Source: Octopus bimaculoides (taxonomy: Eukaryota). Taken from it: a stretch of DNA of 64,000 bases. The first letter of the stretch is position 1, and each line of letters begins with the position of its first letter. Under the pieces are notes generated by a model. That model searched no databases. It saw only the letters and a program-made list of their open reading frames with translations, and had not been told where the DNA came from. This document shows, piece after piece, positions 1 to 11,649 of the stretch. The DNA lies in NCBI RefSeq assembly GCF_001194135.2, contig NC_068995.1:15720948-15784947 (forward strand), read 5' to 3'. The position numbers and the translations under genes were made by a program.

Positions 1-300
1 CGTATGAGTGAATTTGATAGACGGAAACTGTGGAAGCTTGCCACATACATACATGCATGCATGCATGCATGCGTGCGTGCGTGCGTGCGTGTCATCGTGT
101 ATAGGTCTGTGTTCTCAGCTACCCCTTGGCAACTGGTGTTGGCTTGTTTATATTCCAGTAGCCTAGTGGTTCACTAAATAGGACTGATAAAATAAGTACC
201 AGACTTAAAAATATATATGTACTGGGGTCGAGCTGTTCGACGAAAGCAAACCTTCGAGCCAGTGCCCCAGTATGGCTGCAGTCCATGAAATTTGGGGCAT
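1..300 (+). mobile_element. SINE 'family B' (3' part, 5' end outside or degraded)
   Basis: Contains gacggaaact..., tggcaactggtgttggcttgttta, aagtaccagactt, ggggtcga and tatggctgcagtc. These blocks recur in the same order at 25.6-26.0, 29.6-29.9, 47.2-47.4 and 55.95-56.33 kb. Boundaries approximate. Confidence 0.6.
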
Positions 301-304
301 CGAT

Positions 305-455
305 GGTAGTCCCCGACTTATGCTTATTTCATTTACACCGAAAGGATGAAAAGCAAAGTCGACCTCGGTAGAATTTCAACTCAGAACGTAAAGTTGGACG
401 AAATACCACTAAACATTTAGTCCGGCGTGCCAACTTTTCTTCCGGATCGCCACCT
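305..455 (-). mobile_element. SINE 'family A'
   Basis: Reverse complement of the block gagttcaaattccgccgaggtcgactttgcctttcatcctttcgg seen on + at 24794-25010 (here aaaggatgaaaagcaaagtcgacctcggtagaatttcaactcagaac). Confidence 0.75.
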
Positions 456-1339
456 TTAAAGAGGAAACAGATAAAAGCAAGACAACGTCCAAGGGAAAAA
501 ACGAAGTAGTCATATCCAGAATGCCTTTGATCATAGGTCTGGTCCAATCAATACCAGTATCGACCTGGCATTGATTGGAGCAATACAACAATAATAACTC
601 CGGAGAAATATATAATGCAAATTCAGATTTTTCGCGAGAATTGAACTCAGGACCATTAGGACTAAAAGCTAAACAATGTTATTCATTCAGTGGTTTAGCC
701 TACCGCCTGTGTTAAAATTCAATGCTCCAAATTGTTTACAGACTATAACAATAAACCTAATTAATCTTATTATGTGACCATTTTTGAATATTCATAACAT
801 ATTTTTCTCTTTCAAATTAGTTAATTACGTTTCTAGTCAAATCTATTAGGTTCTACAATTCAATTTATTCATGTTATAAGTTGTTTAATGAATGGAAATT
901 ATGAATCTAACTAAACCGAGAAAGTCGTTTGGTAAATCAAGCTTAAACTATTGACATATATTGGCTCATTAGTTTCAAACACTTCGCCCCGCGCCTTTCT
1001 TTCCTCCTTCCTCTCAATTCTTTCTCCCCTTCCTAAATCATAAGAGACAAAGTAAGAATAATATCGGAATTACTTCCAATTCTTTAGTAACTGTATTAGA
1101 TCGGGAAATAGATTAATCTAATTTTGAGTGAAAGCGATGACAGCACCCAATAAGACTACTACTACTACTATTTCTTCTTGTCGTAAAAGCAATTTTGGTG
1201 CAGTTAATTCTTTGACAAACTGGACCTTTTAAGATGAAGACAATGCTAAGAAATAACAGAATACATTGCTGCGTTTGTTGTTGTTAATTGCCATAATTCC
1301 ATTCATATCGAAGATGCTTTCCAGCGATATTTAATTGAC

Positions 1340-1470
1340 TCCTGTACTTTTCTGGTAATTTATTTTATCGATCTAAGAGCGATGAAAGGCAAAGCTGACC
1401 TGGGCGAGATTTGATCTCCGAACGTAATGATCCATAACTAAATACCGCTACCATTATATCTGACGGTTTA
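1340..1470 (-). mobile_element. SINE family A, diverged
   Basis: gatgaaaggcaaagctgacctgggcgagatttgatctccgaacgta matches the family A reverse complement. Confidence 0.6.
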
Positions 1471-2178
1471 ACAATTCTACCAACGGCTCCGATCAAGTAG
1501 ACCTATGATCGAAATGTGTTCCGGCTGTGACTGTATCATGTCTTTTAGAGATAGTATATCTAGCATGCTATTCTCCAGCCACTGCGTCTTCTTCGTTTTA
1601 AGATCGTGGAATATAATATGAGGGAGATTTGGAGGCAATTTCTAGTAGGTGAAACAATCAGAGGCCTCTTTCGTTAACACCTGGCCTTCTATTTCAATGC
1701 TATTTGGGACAAATTCTTCATTGTATTATAAATGATAAATTCCAAAGGTGCTATTGTAGGAGCATACTGACCAGAGCATCAAAGAATTGTGCCATTTAGA
1801 AATGCAAGTAGCTTGCCCTCAATAACCCAACTAATTTAGCCGTAGATAGGAATCATATAGTTGGATGGGTGACACATGAATTTTTAAGAGGTACCGTGTG
1901 GTGATATAGTTCGCCACTAGAAGCTGCGGAATTCTGAGTAACTGTCGGCGGCAGTGTTGGTTTATAGCGTCCAAGACAAATTTTCCTTTATAGGAAGTTG
2001 TAGTTCATAAAATGAAGAACAGCCCTGAACCAGGAGATCTATGATCAGAAGTATTACAGTCTTAATAATATCTTTTAAGGAGAAACATACGACTTTGTTG
2101 TTTAATGTCTCCTCCGCTGAAACCAGTATGAGAAATTAAATGAAAGAAATTTGCCAGCTATTTGGAGTGGTTAGGGTT

Positions 2179-2287
2179 AGGCACAAACCACGTATAACGA
2201 ACTATAAAAAGATGAATGAGAGAAGAAACGCTAAAAAACCGAGATGGCAGTACTTTTTTTATTGAATTTTCTATCATGGAACTGTGC

Positions 2288-2323
<36 letters not shown>

Positions 2324-2583
2324 TGTATGTACAGGACTCCCTCACCATATCGCGTTTCACCCATCGCGGTTTATTATTTAAGCTTAAGTCGATTCCTCCG
2401 CGGTGTTGTTTTGTATTCATAATAAAATTAATATATACAAATTATAAAAAATAATACAAAAAAATATAGTACCGTACTGTTTCTACTTCGCGGATTCTCA
2501 CCTATCGCGGTGGGGGTGGGTGGAGTGTAGTACTCGCGATAGTCGAGGGATTACTGTATACATTTTCAAGAAATGAATGATCA
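2179..2583. repeat. Direct repeat copy 1 (~405 bp) of 4126-4536
   Basis: Colinear with 4126-4536 from aggcacaaaccacg to aaatgaatgatca, with about a dozen substitutions by eye plus a (TA)n length difference. Confidence 0.95.
2332..2556. mobile_element. Tigger/pogo-type MITE (225 bp)
   Basis: TA on both sides (2330-2331, 2557-2558). Imperfect TIRs: caggactccctcaccatatcgcg versus reverse complement of right end cagtaatccctcgactatcgcg. No coding capacity. Confidence 0.8.
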
Positions 2584-3834
2584 CGTACCAGTTTCAGTCA
2601 TGGCTTTGCGTTACACGAAGTAGACAATTGTAGCAAAGGTGGGAGGTAGGAATTAGTGTCTCTTCACGTATGTTAAGTCAGCGGTATGATATCGATTCCC
2701 GATATCGAATCTCTATTTGAACTACTTCAATAAACTTTATTCACTGACGCCAGTTAAAAAGAAGTTGAGTGTCTCTCTCTCTCTTTCCCTCTCTCTTTCA
2801 GTCTCTCCTGGGAATTTAAAGACTAACGAAGACAAGCAACGTGAAACCACTCCAGTCACTCTGTTCTTTGGCATCGTGACAAAACAGGCTCAGAAGAGTC
2901 GACGAGTAAACATAGACGTGGTCACGTTATCTGTTAGAAATAACAGCGAAATTTTCCTCAAATTCCATCGTACCATCTATAAAATTTAAGTGGACATTAA
3001 ATAATGTTATCTTAGATGCATTGTCAGAAAATTAAACACGAAATGTAGATGTGTATAAATGGAATGCACGTGATAATTGGTATGCTCTAGCTGGAGCTAC
3101 AGAACACCATGAACATTACTACTNNNNNNNNNNAAATCGTTGGAATAAGCATCAAACTAAAAAAAAAAAAAACTGTTGGGATTGACTTGGTCGACTAAAA
3201 CACTTCGAGGCAGTGCTCCAGTATGGTCGTAGTTCGAATGACTGAAACGAGTAAAATATAGAGAAGAAATAGTATATAAGCTCAAGGCACAAGATTACTG
3301 AATTGCTGACACCAAAATATTCTATTTCTGAAGCAAAAGCCGAATTTCTTTGTCCTGAAGGCAATGAAAGAAATATTTAATTTAAGTGAAAGTGCAATAA
3401 AATAACCTTCTGTCATTATTGGCTGTGGGGAACAATATTTGATTGCATTAGTCTTAACGGAACACGATGACGTAATTATTACGTTTGAGAAGATCCAGTA
3501 AATTTATTTAACGGCAACCGAACACTGAGAACATACAGAAATGAGAAGCTAATTGCTGATGGTAGGACAAGATAATCCTTCGGCTATCAACTGACTCATC
3601 TGTGTCTTTCTATGGTTCTTATCTTTTACTTGTTTCAGTTATTGTACTTCGCGTATGCCTGGGGCTACTGCATTGAAGGTTTTAGTGGAACAAATTGATT
3701 CAATACTCAGCTTTGAAGTATAGTATTTATCTTATCGGCCGGTTTGGCCAAACCATTATGTTATGGAAACGTAAAGGGACCTACGCCAGTAATCAGACTA
3801 TGAGGAGGACATGCAGAAATACATACATATGCAC

Positions 3835-3869
<35 letters not shown>

Positions 3870-3876
<7 letters not shown>

Positions 3877-4020
3877 GACCGTGTTCTACGCAGTTTACGT
3901 CTCCCAAATTCAGTCCCAAGGCTTTGGTCGGCCTATGGCTATAGTATAAGACACTTGCACCAGGTGGTGCACAGTAGACTGAACTCGAAAGCCCGTTGGT
4001 GCAAAGCGTACTTCTTAAAC
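3870..4020 (-). mobile_element. SINE family B, tRNA-like head
   Basis: ggctttggtcggcctatggctatagtataagacacttgcacc...gactgaactc is the reverse complement of the head seen on + at 8285-8440, 50560 and 55950. Confidence 0.65.
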
Positions 4021-4076
4021 ATACCTACACACACACACACACACACTTATTTAAAGGACACAATACACGCTTTTAA

Positions 4077-4131
4077 GTGCTACCAATAGTTTCATATGCT
4101 GAGAAAAACCTCAAACATATTCATCAGGCAC
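4077..4131 (-). ncRNA. Hammerhead ribozyme, minimal type I, complete canonical core
   Basis: Minus strand reads GUGC-CUGAUGA-AUAUG-uuugagguuuuucucag-CAUAU-GAAAC-uauug-GUA-GCAC. Stem I is GUGC/GCAC, stem II is AUAUG/CAUAU extended by UGAG/CUCA, and stem III is AC/GU. Predicted cleavage 3' of GUA, between 4081 and 4080. Confidence 0.85.
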
Positions 4132-4234
4132 AAACCACGTATAACGAACTATAAAAAGATGAATGAGAGAAGAAACGTTAAAAAACCGAGATGGCAGTAC
4201 TTTTTTTATTGAATTTTCTATCATGGAACTGTGC

Positions 4235-4276
<42 letters not shown>

Positions 4277-4536
4277 TGTATGTACAGGACTCCCTCAGCA
4301 TATCGCGTTTCACCCATCGCGGTTTATTATCTAAGCTTACGTCGATTCCTTCGCGGTGTTGTTTTGTATTTATAATAAAATTAATATATACAAATTATAA
4401 AAAATAATACAAAAAAATACAGTACCGTACTGTTTCTACTTCGAGGATTTTCACCTATCGCGGTGAGGGTGGGTGGAGCGTAATACTCGCGATAGTCGAG
4501 GGATTACTGTATACATTTTCAAGAAATGAATGATCA
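4126..4536. repeat. Direct repeat copy 2 (~411 bp) of 2179-2583
   Basis: See copy 1. Its left edge overlaps stem I of the hammerhead at 4077-4131. Confidence 0.95.
4285..4509. mobile_element. Tigger/pogo-type MITE (second copy, inside the duplicated segment)
   Basis: Same sequence and same TA insertion site as 2332-2556. Confidence 0.8.
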
Positions 4537-7500
4537 GAGGCAAAAAGTATTTTTAGCTTCAAGTCAGCTACCTTTGCTTCCATACATATTGTATGATCGT
4601 ATGTATGGCTAAGTGTTTAAGAACTTCTCTTCGCAATCTTAAAGTCCTTTACCTCCATTCTCGTGCAAGTGTCGTTGTTATTGCCTCCCACCGTCTCAAC
4701 CCTCGTAAATGAAAGATGGTAGGCGGAAAGTGCGTGGAAATCCTGCCAAATGTACAGAAGCCTGTTGGATGTATATTTCTTGTAATTCAAATGTTAATTC
4801 TTGCCACGTATTTTGTCCTACTGATTTGACCTAAACGTTTCGTTAAGGGTACACATATCTACGGAACCCTCAGTCAGTTATACACTAATTTAACGAATCG
4901 AACATACAGTTGATCAAACAAATGAATGTGCATCGCCGAAACCAACGGAGGATCCATCATATACCGCATCAAATATCACATCATTGTACTTGTCATCCAT
5001 CACTAAATCACTTGTGTCTGATTTCAGGACAGTATACATTCTATTTCTAGCAGTTCAAGCGACCATGTACAGGCTTCTACGTTGGCTCATATATGGGGTC
5101 ATTATTCAAGGATCGTTCATTAATCATCATAGTATATTGCTGTTGAATCAAACACGGGATTTCCATAGGGATCCGTTGAAAATTGCGGTATGTGCACGGT
5201 TGCAACGTCTTTGATCATTTGTCTGTTCAGTCGGCAGAAACTGCATAATTAATTCCTTTCATTGCAACAGCGATCGGAAAGGGTTATCATATTATTGTTG
5301 TTGGTGTTGGTCGTGATGTTTATAGCTGCAAGTCAGCTCTTATCGATTAGATCTATGATCAAAATCATTTCTTTCATGACCATCCTGTAATTAAATTTTT
5401 GCATATCTAGTACTAAATCGTGTTCTTTCCTGGTTTAAGACGGTGCAGTGTGATTTGAGTGCGATTTGGCTGTTATATTTTGAACAATGACCGACCTTGT
5501 AATGGCTCGGATGTTGCTCTATGAATTATAATAGCAAATCATAATTCATGTTGCCTTTCGACTCTATTATTCCTCCGATATCATAATTGGGGAGATTACA
5601 TGCTGGCCTTCATTAACATACTCAATGATTGCATTTTGCTGATTAGTGCGCGGTTTCTATTTGATCTATCGCAACTTAGATGAAACTTTTCCTCGCCAAT
5701 CTTGGAATCAAGAATGGATTTATTCTGGCCCGTTTCCAAGTGATTAAAATATTTAATTAAAATGCAGTACAACGAATGTTGTAATAAATCAAGAGAGATA
5801 GACAGGTATTAAAAAGCAAAGCAAAGCAAAGAAAAACTAAAATGTCTTTAAAAGATTTCACGATAATTCAGAACGTTAGTGTTGAAGTGATGATAAAGTA
5901 TTTCTGTTCAAGTATGGAAGCCAATTTGTGACAAAAACGGGAGTTATGCAGTACTTGTAGAAATGTGTTACAGAAATGCATTTTCTAGGACTACAAATTA
6001 AAGACAGAAGAGGGTAAAACAAATAATAATAGCTTCATATGGCTCTGAAGAATTTACTCGGCTTTTGTAGATGTTAGGGTTGAATATTTGAAAGGAAAAT
6101 GAATTGGTCTCTCCGCATTTTATCATTTAAAGAATAACACATGGAGTGTTGTAATACAGATGCATTTCCCAACGGTAATAACACTTCAAAGACAGTAAAT
6201 TAATTTTAGTTGGAAACCGGAATCGGTTGGAAGTTTATCTCTTATTCTACGGCAAACGAGTAAAAAATGGAAATGGTTGAAGAACGTGATACTGTAGGAG
6301 GTAATAATATTATAAACATATTCCGGCCAGTTTGTTAGAATAAATCTTACTTTTTATACAATATGTAGCAATTTGCTTTCGTTTATATATTTTGTTTGTT
6401 GAAAGATTTTCCAGGGGGTATCACCCTTCTCAAACATATTGCATTTTAGAAATCTATTCAGTCTAAAATTGGCGGACATCTGAGAGAAATTACAAAAGCT
6501 AAACGCGTTTTCGCTTTCCCTTTTTTTATATCTTCTGTTAGCAATAGAGTGTTATTTTAACAAAGTTTCTTTGTTCAGAAGATTAAATCAATATTTAAAT
6601 CTGCATTCCGCTTGTATTCTATTACATTTCAAGTCGGCACATGATGTGCAATTTTATATGAATTATAGCGAATCTGGGTGTTTTTTAAATAAATAGCTGT
6701 AGCTTACAAAAACTCTATTACGGTCTGAAAATTATGGATAACAAAAGAATTATACAAAACAAGATGGTATATTAAAAGAGAAAAAGAAAGAACAATTGTA
6801 TAGTAACTAAAGCATAACACGTATAAAACAAAAACAAAAAAAAAAGTTAAAAGTCAGAAAATAATTCCTGTAGCTATTAAGATATTCAGATCACTTATTC
6901 CGGTTGAATAAATAAACAAAAGAGTTCCTATAATCCCCAGCAGATCGCTTCGCCAATTATCCGACGTCATTTTTATTCATTAATAAAATAATGGAACGAC
7001 AAGAACAACAAGATCAACAATAATGACGAAAACATCAATAATATTAATAACAATAATATCAACAATAACAATAGATATGATTGTTATCGTCTGCTTTCCA
7101 AGAACATCGTACTGCTGCATATCAGCTTTATATTTTAGCGGTTCTATTAGTGAATACTCTTAATAGATGAAATGGCAAGCTACGAAATAGAATGAAGAGA
7201 TGAAATTGTGGGCTGGTGTCCAGTTTTAGAAAAAAAAAATCACATAAACGAAAACCAACCAAACAAAAGGAAACTTGATATTGATTTTTTTTTACACTAG
7301 TTTACGGAAAAGAACAGTAAAATTTGTTTTATAAATCTATGAACTACTAATGTTAGCAAAAAAAAAAAGCAGTAGAATATAAGGACAAATTTAATTATTA
7401 GCCTGGAACTAGCAAGACTGAGTTAAACATTAAGTAAATCGGTTATAATTTCTAGTCATAAAAAATAGCTTTGTTGCACCAAAGCTATTTTTTTCTCTCT

Positions 7501-8284
7501 CAAACACTGTATTATGTCATCAGATATATTTCTTCTTGACAAGAAACACGAATAGAATTACATGATAACGACAGATCTGAAATGCTTTCATTCTCGACCA
7601 GTACTAGATTAATGGTAGACATCTAACAGTAAACTGAGATGACAACGAGTATCGTGTCATAATAAGCATTGTAAAATGACAAATGTAGCAATCCCCTCAG
7701 TCTTCAAATAAGTCGTGCTGATTTGAGTTATGGTTCTAAAATGGTGTTCTGGGGGGGGGGGTGAGGTGCTTGGTGTTGGATTGGAATATAAATAAGATGT
7801 GTATTGTTTGACAGAGACATAGATACAGGAACTTAAAATACAATACTGAAAGTAGTGACGTAATAAAACAACAGAAAACGAGTGCTATACTATAAGTAGA
7901 CAAAATCATAAAAACTACACTAAAAATTTTATTTTTAAGTTCTTTTCTATACAGTCTCGGTCAATCTACAACCATAAATCAACTACAATAGAAGCTCACA
8001 GAATAACTTGAAATCATTGGTTAAAAACTAACAAAAATTCTCATCAATTATAGATTGATATAAGAGCCGCGAGTTACACGTGTTTTGCATACATATTTCC
8101 AGCTTGGTTAGCTGAGTTGTTCAGAGTCAAGTACATTGGCTACAAATATATTGTCGTACTGAGGAGGGAACTGATGTTACTGATTTATCGATTGGTCGTC
8201 CTCCATTCTACCGAAACTCCAGCTGTTCTAGTAAATAATTATGGAGATAATATTATAATAATTGATATATAATAGGTGCAGCCA

Positions 8285-8440
8285 TGTTTGTGTGATCAAT
8301 AAGCTCGCTTTGCAACCATGGGATTTCCGGTTCAGTCCTACTGCAATCTACCTTGGGCACGTGTCTTCTACTATAGCACCTGGTCGATCAATGCCTTCCG
8401 AGTGAAATTCTATACAATTTCTATACAGAAATTGTATAGA
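8285..8440 (+). mobile_element. SINE family B head
   Basis: ccggttcagtccta...ccttgggcacgtgtcttctactatagc...tcgatcaatgcc, with a B-box-like GGTTCAGTCC. Boundaries approximate. Confidence 0.65.
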
Positions 8441-8515
8441 AGCCCCCCCCCCCGACGCACACACACATACACACATGTATATATGTGTGTGTTTTGGTGT
8501 GCATGTATGTGATTG

Positions 8516-8554
<39 letters not shown>

Positions 8555-8879
8555 AAATGTGCCTTTGTGTTTGTGTTTGTTCCTACTATTGCAATTGGAT
8601 TCGATAGAATAAATACTGGTGTCCAGCTGTTCGGCGAAATCTTCAAATCGATGCACCAAAGAGTGAAACAAGGAATTGAAAAAATTAAAAGAGGTCTCAT
8701 CAGCCATGATAAGCAGATAGTAGATTTGTTTATAAGTTTCCTCAAGAAAACAAAAATTGGTTCATTAAAATTTTATCAAAACATTGACCTAAGACTTACC
8801 TATAGATTATAGATCTGATGTTGATAAAAAAAAAAAAGAAAAGAAGAAACGGTCCTTTTCGGACCACAGATTCAGATGG

Positions 8880-9050
8880 CCGGTATCCGGAATTCTGTGG
8901 CGTACATGGACGCCCTACATGGACGGGTCGGCAGTTCGTCACAGGATTACTCATTTTTGTTAGCTGAGTGGACTTGAGCAACGAGAAATGAAGTGTTTTG
9001 CTCAACGCATCGAAACCACAATCTTCTGATCATGAGTACAACACTCGAAA
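8880..9050 (-). mobile_element. SINE 'family E' (tRNA head plus CORE-like block)
   Basis: Reverse complement reads ctcatgatcagaagattgtggtttcgatgcg...acacttcatttctcgttgctcaagtccactcagct. The same head is on + at 22825-22970. Confidence 0.55.
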
Positions 9051-10183
9051 CACAAATACGCAACTCTATATTGTTGTAGCTGAGCCTCATTTAAGCCCCA
9101 AACTGAGTAGAATTATGATCAAAGGCGTACATGTCAGACCGTTCCATTTATTTTTGTCTACCTAAAACTAATCCAAAGAGAACTTCTATTTCACGATAAA
9201 AATTAATGAACGGAGGAGATTTGTTGCTGTTTCCAGCAGGTCGAGTAACCTCGAAGAAGCTCTTTCTTATTATATAACATCATCGCATTGTAAACTCGTA
9301 GCCAACCAAATAAGCCGTTTCGATTCGACACTTAAGCTATTTGGATTATTTTGAAAATGCGTTGTTGAAATGTATAAACAGTTGCAATTTCCTTTCTTCC
9401 CGCTGTGAATTCAGTAGCACTGACGTTCTGCTGATTGTTACTTCTGATAACAAAAGGTGACAGGATAGACACTACCTAGCGTAAGATAAATGATAATTAT
9501 GTATCGCTTTTTTCTGCCTTTTTGTTTAGAACAAAGAGCGTTGGATAGACAAACACTGTAACTCTACGTTCAGATTTCAACGAGCTCAACCTTGGCCTTT
9601 AATCTTTCGCGGTCGGTAAGGAAGGTATCAGTTAAGGACAGTGGGTTGACAAAATTGTTAGATCCCCGAACAAAATGGCTGAGTGGTAACTGTGCAGGAT
9701 TATTAGACATTTTGGCGCAGCCGTTTTTGGCACCACATATTGGCGTCACTGGTTCGTCACTGAATTATTTGACAGACGTTTTCATATTTTATTCATTCTC
9801 ATATTTCTCTCGTTCTCTCTACCCCTCCCTCTGTGTGTGAGTGTCCGCCTCTCTGTCTCACTGCGTGTGTGTGACCATCTAATTATTTTTGTATGTTTAA
9901 TGTCTCTTTCTTTCCATCTCTCTTTCTCTCTTTCTGCTCTACTCCATCACTCTGCGTATGTTTCATCACATGTGCGAGCGTATATGTGTGTGTGTGTGTT
10001 TTGGGTGCGCGCGTGCATGCGTGTGTTCGCCTCCAGTGTCAAAATGAACTGTCACCGGAACAGGTTGAATGTTGAGCCAAATCATCAGCTTCTACACAGC
10101 CGCACCTAGTCCTCACATTCCATCTATTCCGGACCTTTGCTTTGTGACAACAGTAATTTTGATGGCACTAGTGTCAAGCTTGT

Positions 10184-10487
10184 GGAGGCACATGGCCTAG
10201 TGGTTAGAGCGACGGACTCGCGGTCGAGGGATTGCGAGATCGAATCTCAGACCGGGTGATGTGTGTGTTTATCAGCGAAACACCTAATGACCACGCGGCT
10301 TCGGCAGAAGATAATAGCGAACTTCTGCTGACTATCGCCACAACTTTGACTCACTCTTTTTTCCTGCATCTAGCAGCTCACCTCCGATGGACCGGCGTCC
10401 CGTTCAGGTGAGGGACCTATACGTCAATGAAACCGGGAAACCAGCCCTTATGAGCCAGGGATGGCTCGAGAAGGAACAAATAACAAC
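10184..10487 (+). mobile_element. tRNA-derived SINE 'family C-prime', full length with TSD
   Basis: A-box TGGCCTAGTGG, gactcgcggtc anticodon-like arm, B-box-like gatcgaatc and an (AAC)-like tail. Flanked by agtgtcaagctt (10170-10181) and agtgtcgagctt (10488-10499). Paralogue at 62324-62621. Confidence 0.85.
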
Positions 10488-10793
10488 AGTGTCGAGCTTA
10501 TGAGCTTTGCCTTTCCTTTAATAGTAGAGGGAAAATTTGTATAAAAACCTGGCTCAGGCTTGAAAAGGAAATTTTACGGTGTAGAGACACAAGTTCAGCT
10601 TTGACCGAATTGGGCTTCTTAATTTTGAATTAAAGTACGTATTTCAAACAACCTTGAAACAACATAAAAGCCCCTTGAAGTATCATTGTGCATAAGGTTT
10701 ATGTGTATATAAATGTGGGACAGCACTAACTGTAATATTTCTTCTCAGAGAAAATTTCTGAGAGAAACCTGTGTTAAAGACACAGAGCTTCAT

Positions 10794-10833
10794 TCAGACA
10801 CCGTTTTTCGATCTGGTTTGATCTCCTCAGTGA
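10794..10833 (-). ncRNA. Hammerhead-like motif, left arm of foldback
   Basis: Minus strand reads UCA-CUGAGGA-GAUC-aaacca-GAUC-GAAAaaC-ggu-GUC-UGA. The core is intact, with two extra A residues after GAAA. Confidence 0.6.
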
Positions 10834-10939
10834 CGAATAGCTCGGACTAGCTTCCATACAAACCAGTAAATGCTTTGTTTTCCAATTTCTATATGGGAAA
10901 ATGTGTTTTCGGTTTAGCTCAGAACGCCTGGTGTATTCG

Positions 10940-10977
10940 TCAATGAGGTGACCAAACCAGATCGAAACAGTGTCTGG
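10940..10977 (+). ncRNA. Hammerhead-like motif, right arm of foldback (degenerate core)
   Basis: UCA-aUGAGGu-GAcC-aaacca-GAUC-GAAAC-agu-GUC-UGG. GAAAC/GUC is canonical, and there are two core substitutions. Confidence 0.5.
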
Positions 10978-11039
10978 TGATTCACCGGAGTTCTGACAAC
11001 ATGTTAAAGCCAGTGCTGTTCCGCATTTGTATACACATA

Positions 11040-11256
11040 TGAGAGGGTGCTGAAAAGTTCCTGGCTTTGGGTAAAAGAAAATATTGGAAGATAGTTAATT
11101 ATGATTTTACTCAACATATTCTCCTTTCAGATTCATTCTCTTATTGGAGCGATCCTTCAGTTTTTTTCTAATCTTTGTAAAGCAACTCGGAACGTTGAGC
11201 CTCCAGCTAGCCTTTCGCGATACACTTAAAACCAGGATATTTTCAGCAAGAAGTCG
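11040..11256. mobile_element. Mariner/Tc1-type MITE (~217 bp)
   Basis: TA at 11038-11039 and 11257-11258. TIRs: tgagagggtgctgaaaagttcctggcttt versus reverse complement of right end cgacttcttgctgaaaatatcctggtttt. Confidence 0.75.
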
Positions 11257-11649
11257 TAAATGTTACATATACTACCATCTGTGGTTCCATTTTACTATAC
11301 TTGAATAAAATAAAAGGAGCAAAAGCGGAAAGTGGTCGCTAGCGAATATTTTCATAAATTTGCGTGATCAGAGCTGACATAGGCGGTGGACAGCGGTGAC
11401 GATAATAACAACAAGAACCACAAAATCCCAGTTCGGAATTGAACAGACCATTGTTCATTGGCCGTGATATGATTGAAATGTTATCGATTAGTTCATAATA
11501 GTATACCTCTAATCAGACTTTATTCCGTTAATTACAATTAGTGAGATCAACGTTCGATGATGGAGTTAGCTTTTAATCGAGTCTTAATTACTGTTGAGTT
11601 GCTTTTTTTTCAACATTTTTATATTTCTCCTCATAATTTAGGCTAATCG

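Larger units (their letters stand above)
10702..11037. mobile_element. Foldback (long inverted-repeat) element carrying hammerhead motifs, Penelope-like
   Basis: Outer IR 10702-10727/11012-11037 (26 nt, 3 mismatches). Inner IR 10795-10839/10934-10976. Each inner arm contains an HHR-like core. Confidence 0.75.

Noticed and set aside
4826-4880. Minus-strand UGACUGA-GGGU...ACCC-uuaac-GAAAC-GUU hammerhead-like string
   Set aside because: The core is malformed, 4-5 extra nucleotides separate stem II from GAAA, and stem I is not contiguous. At best a remote relic.
5900-6300. IYSAFVDV-like RT motif
   Set aside because: A single weak motif is insufficient to call a LINE fragment.
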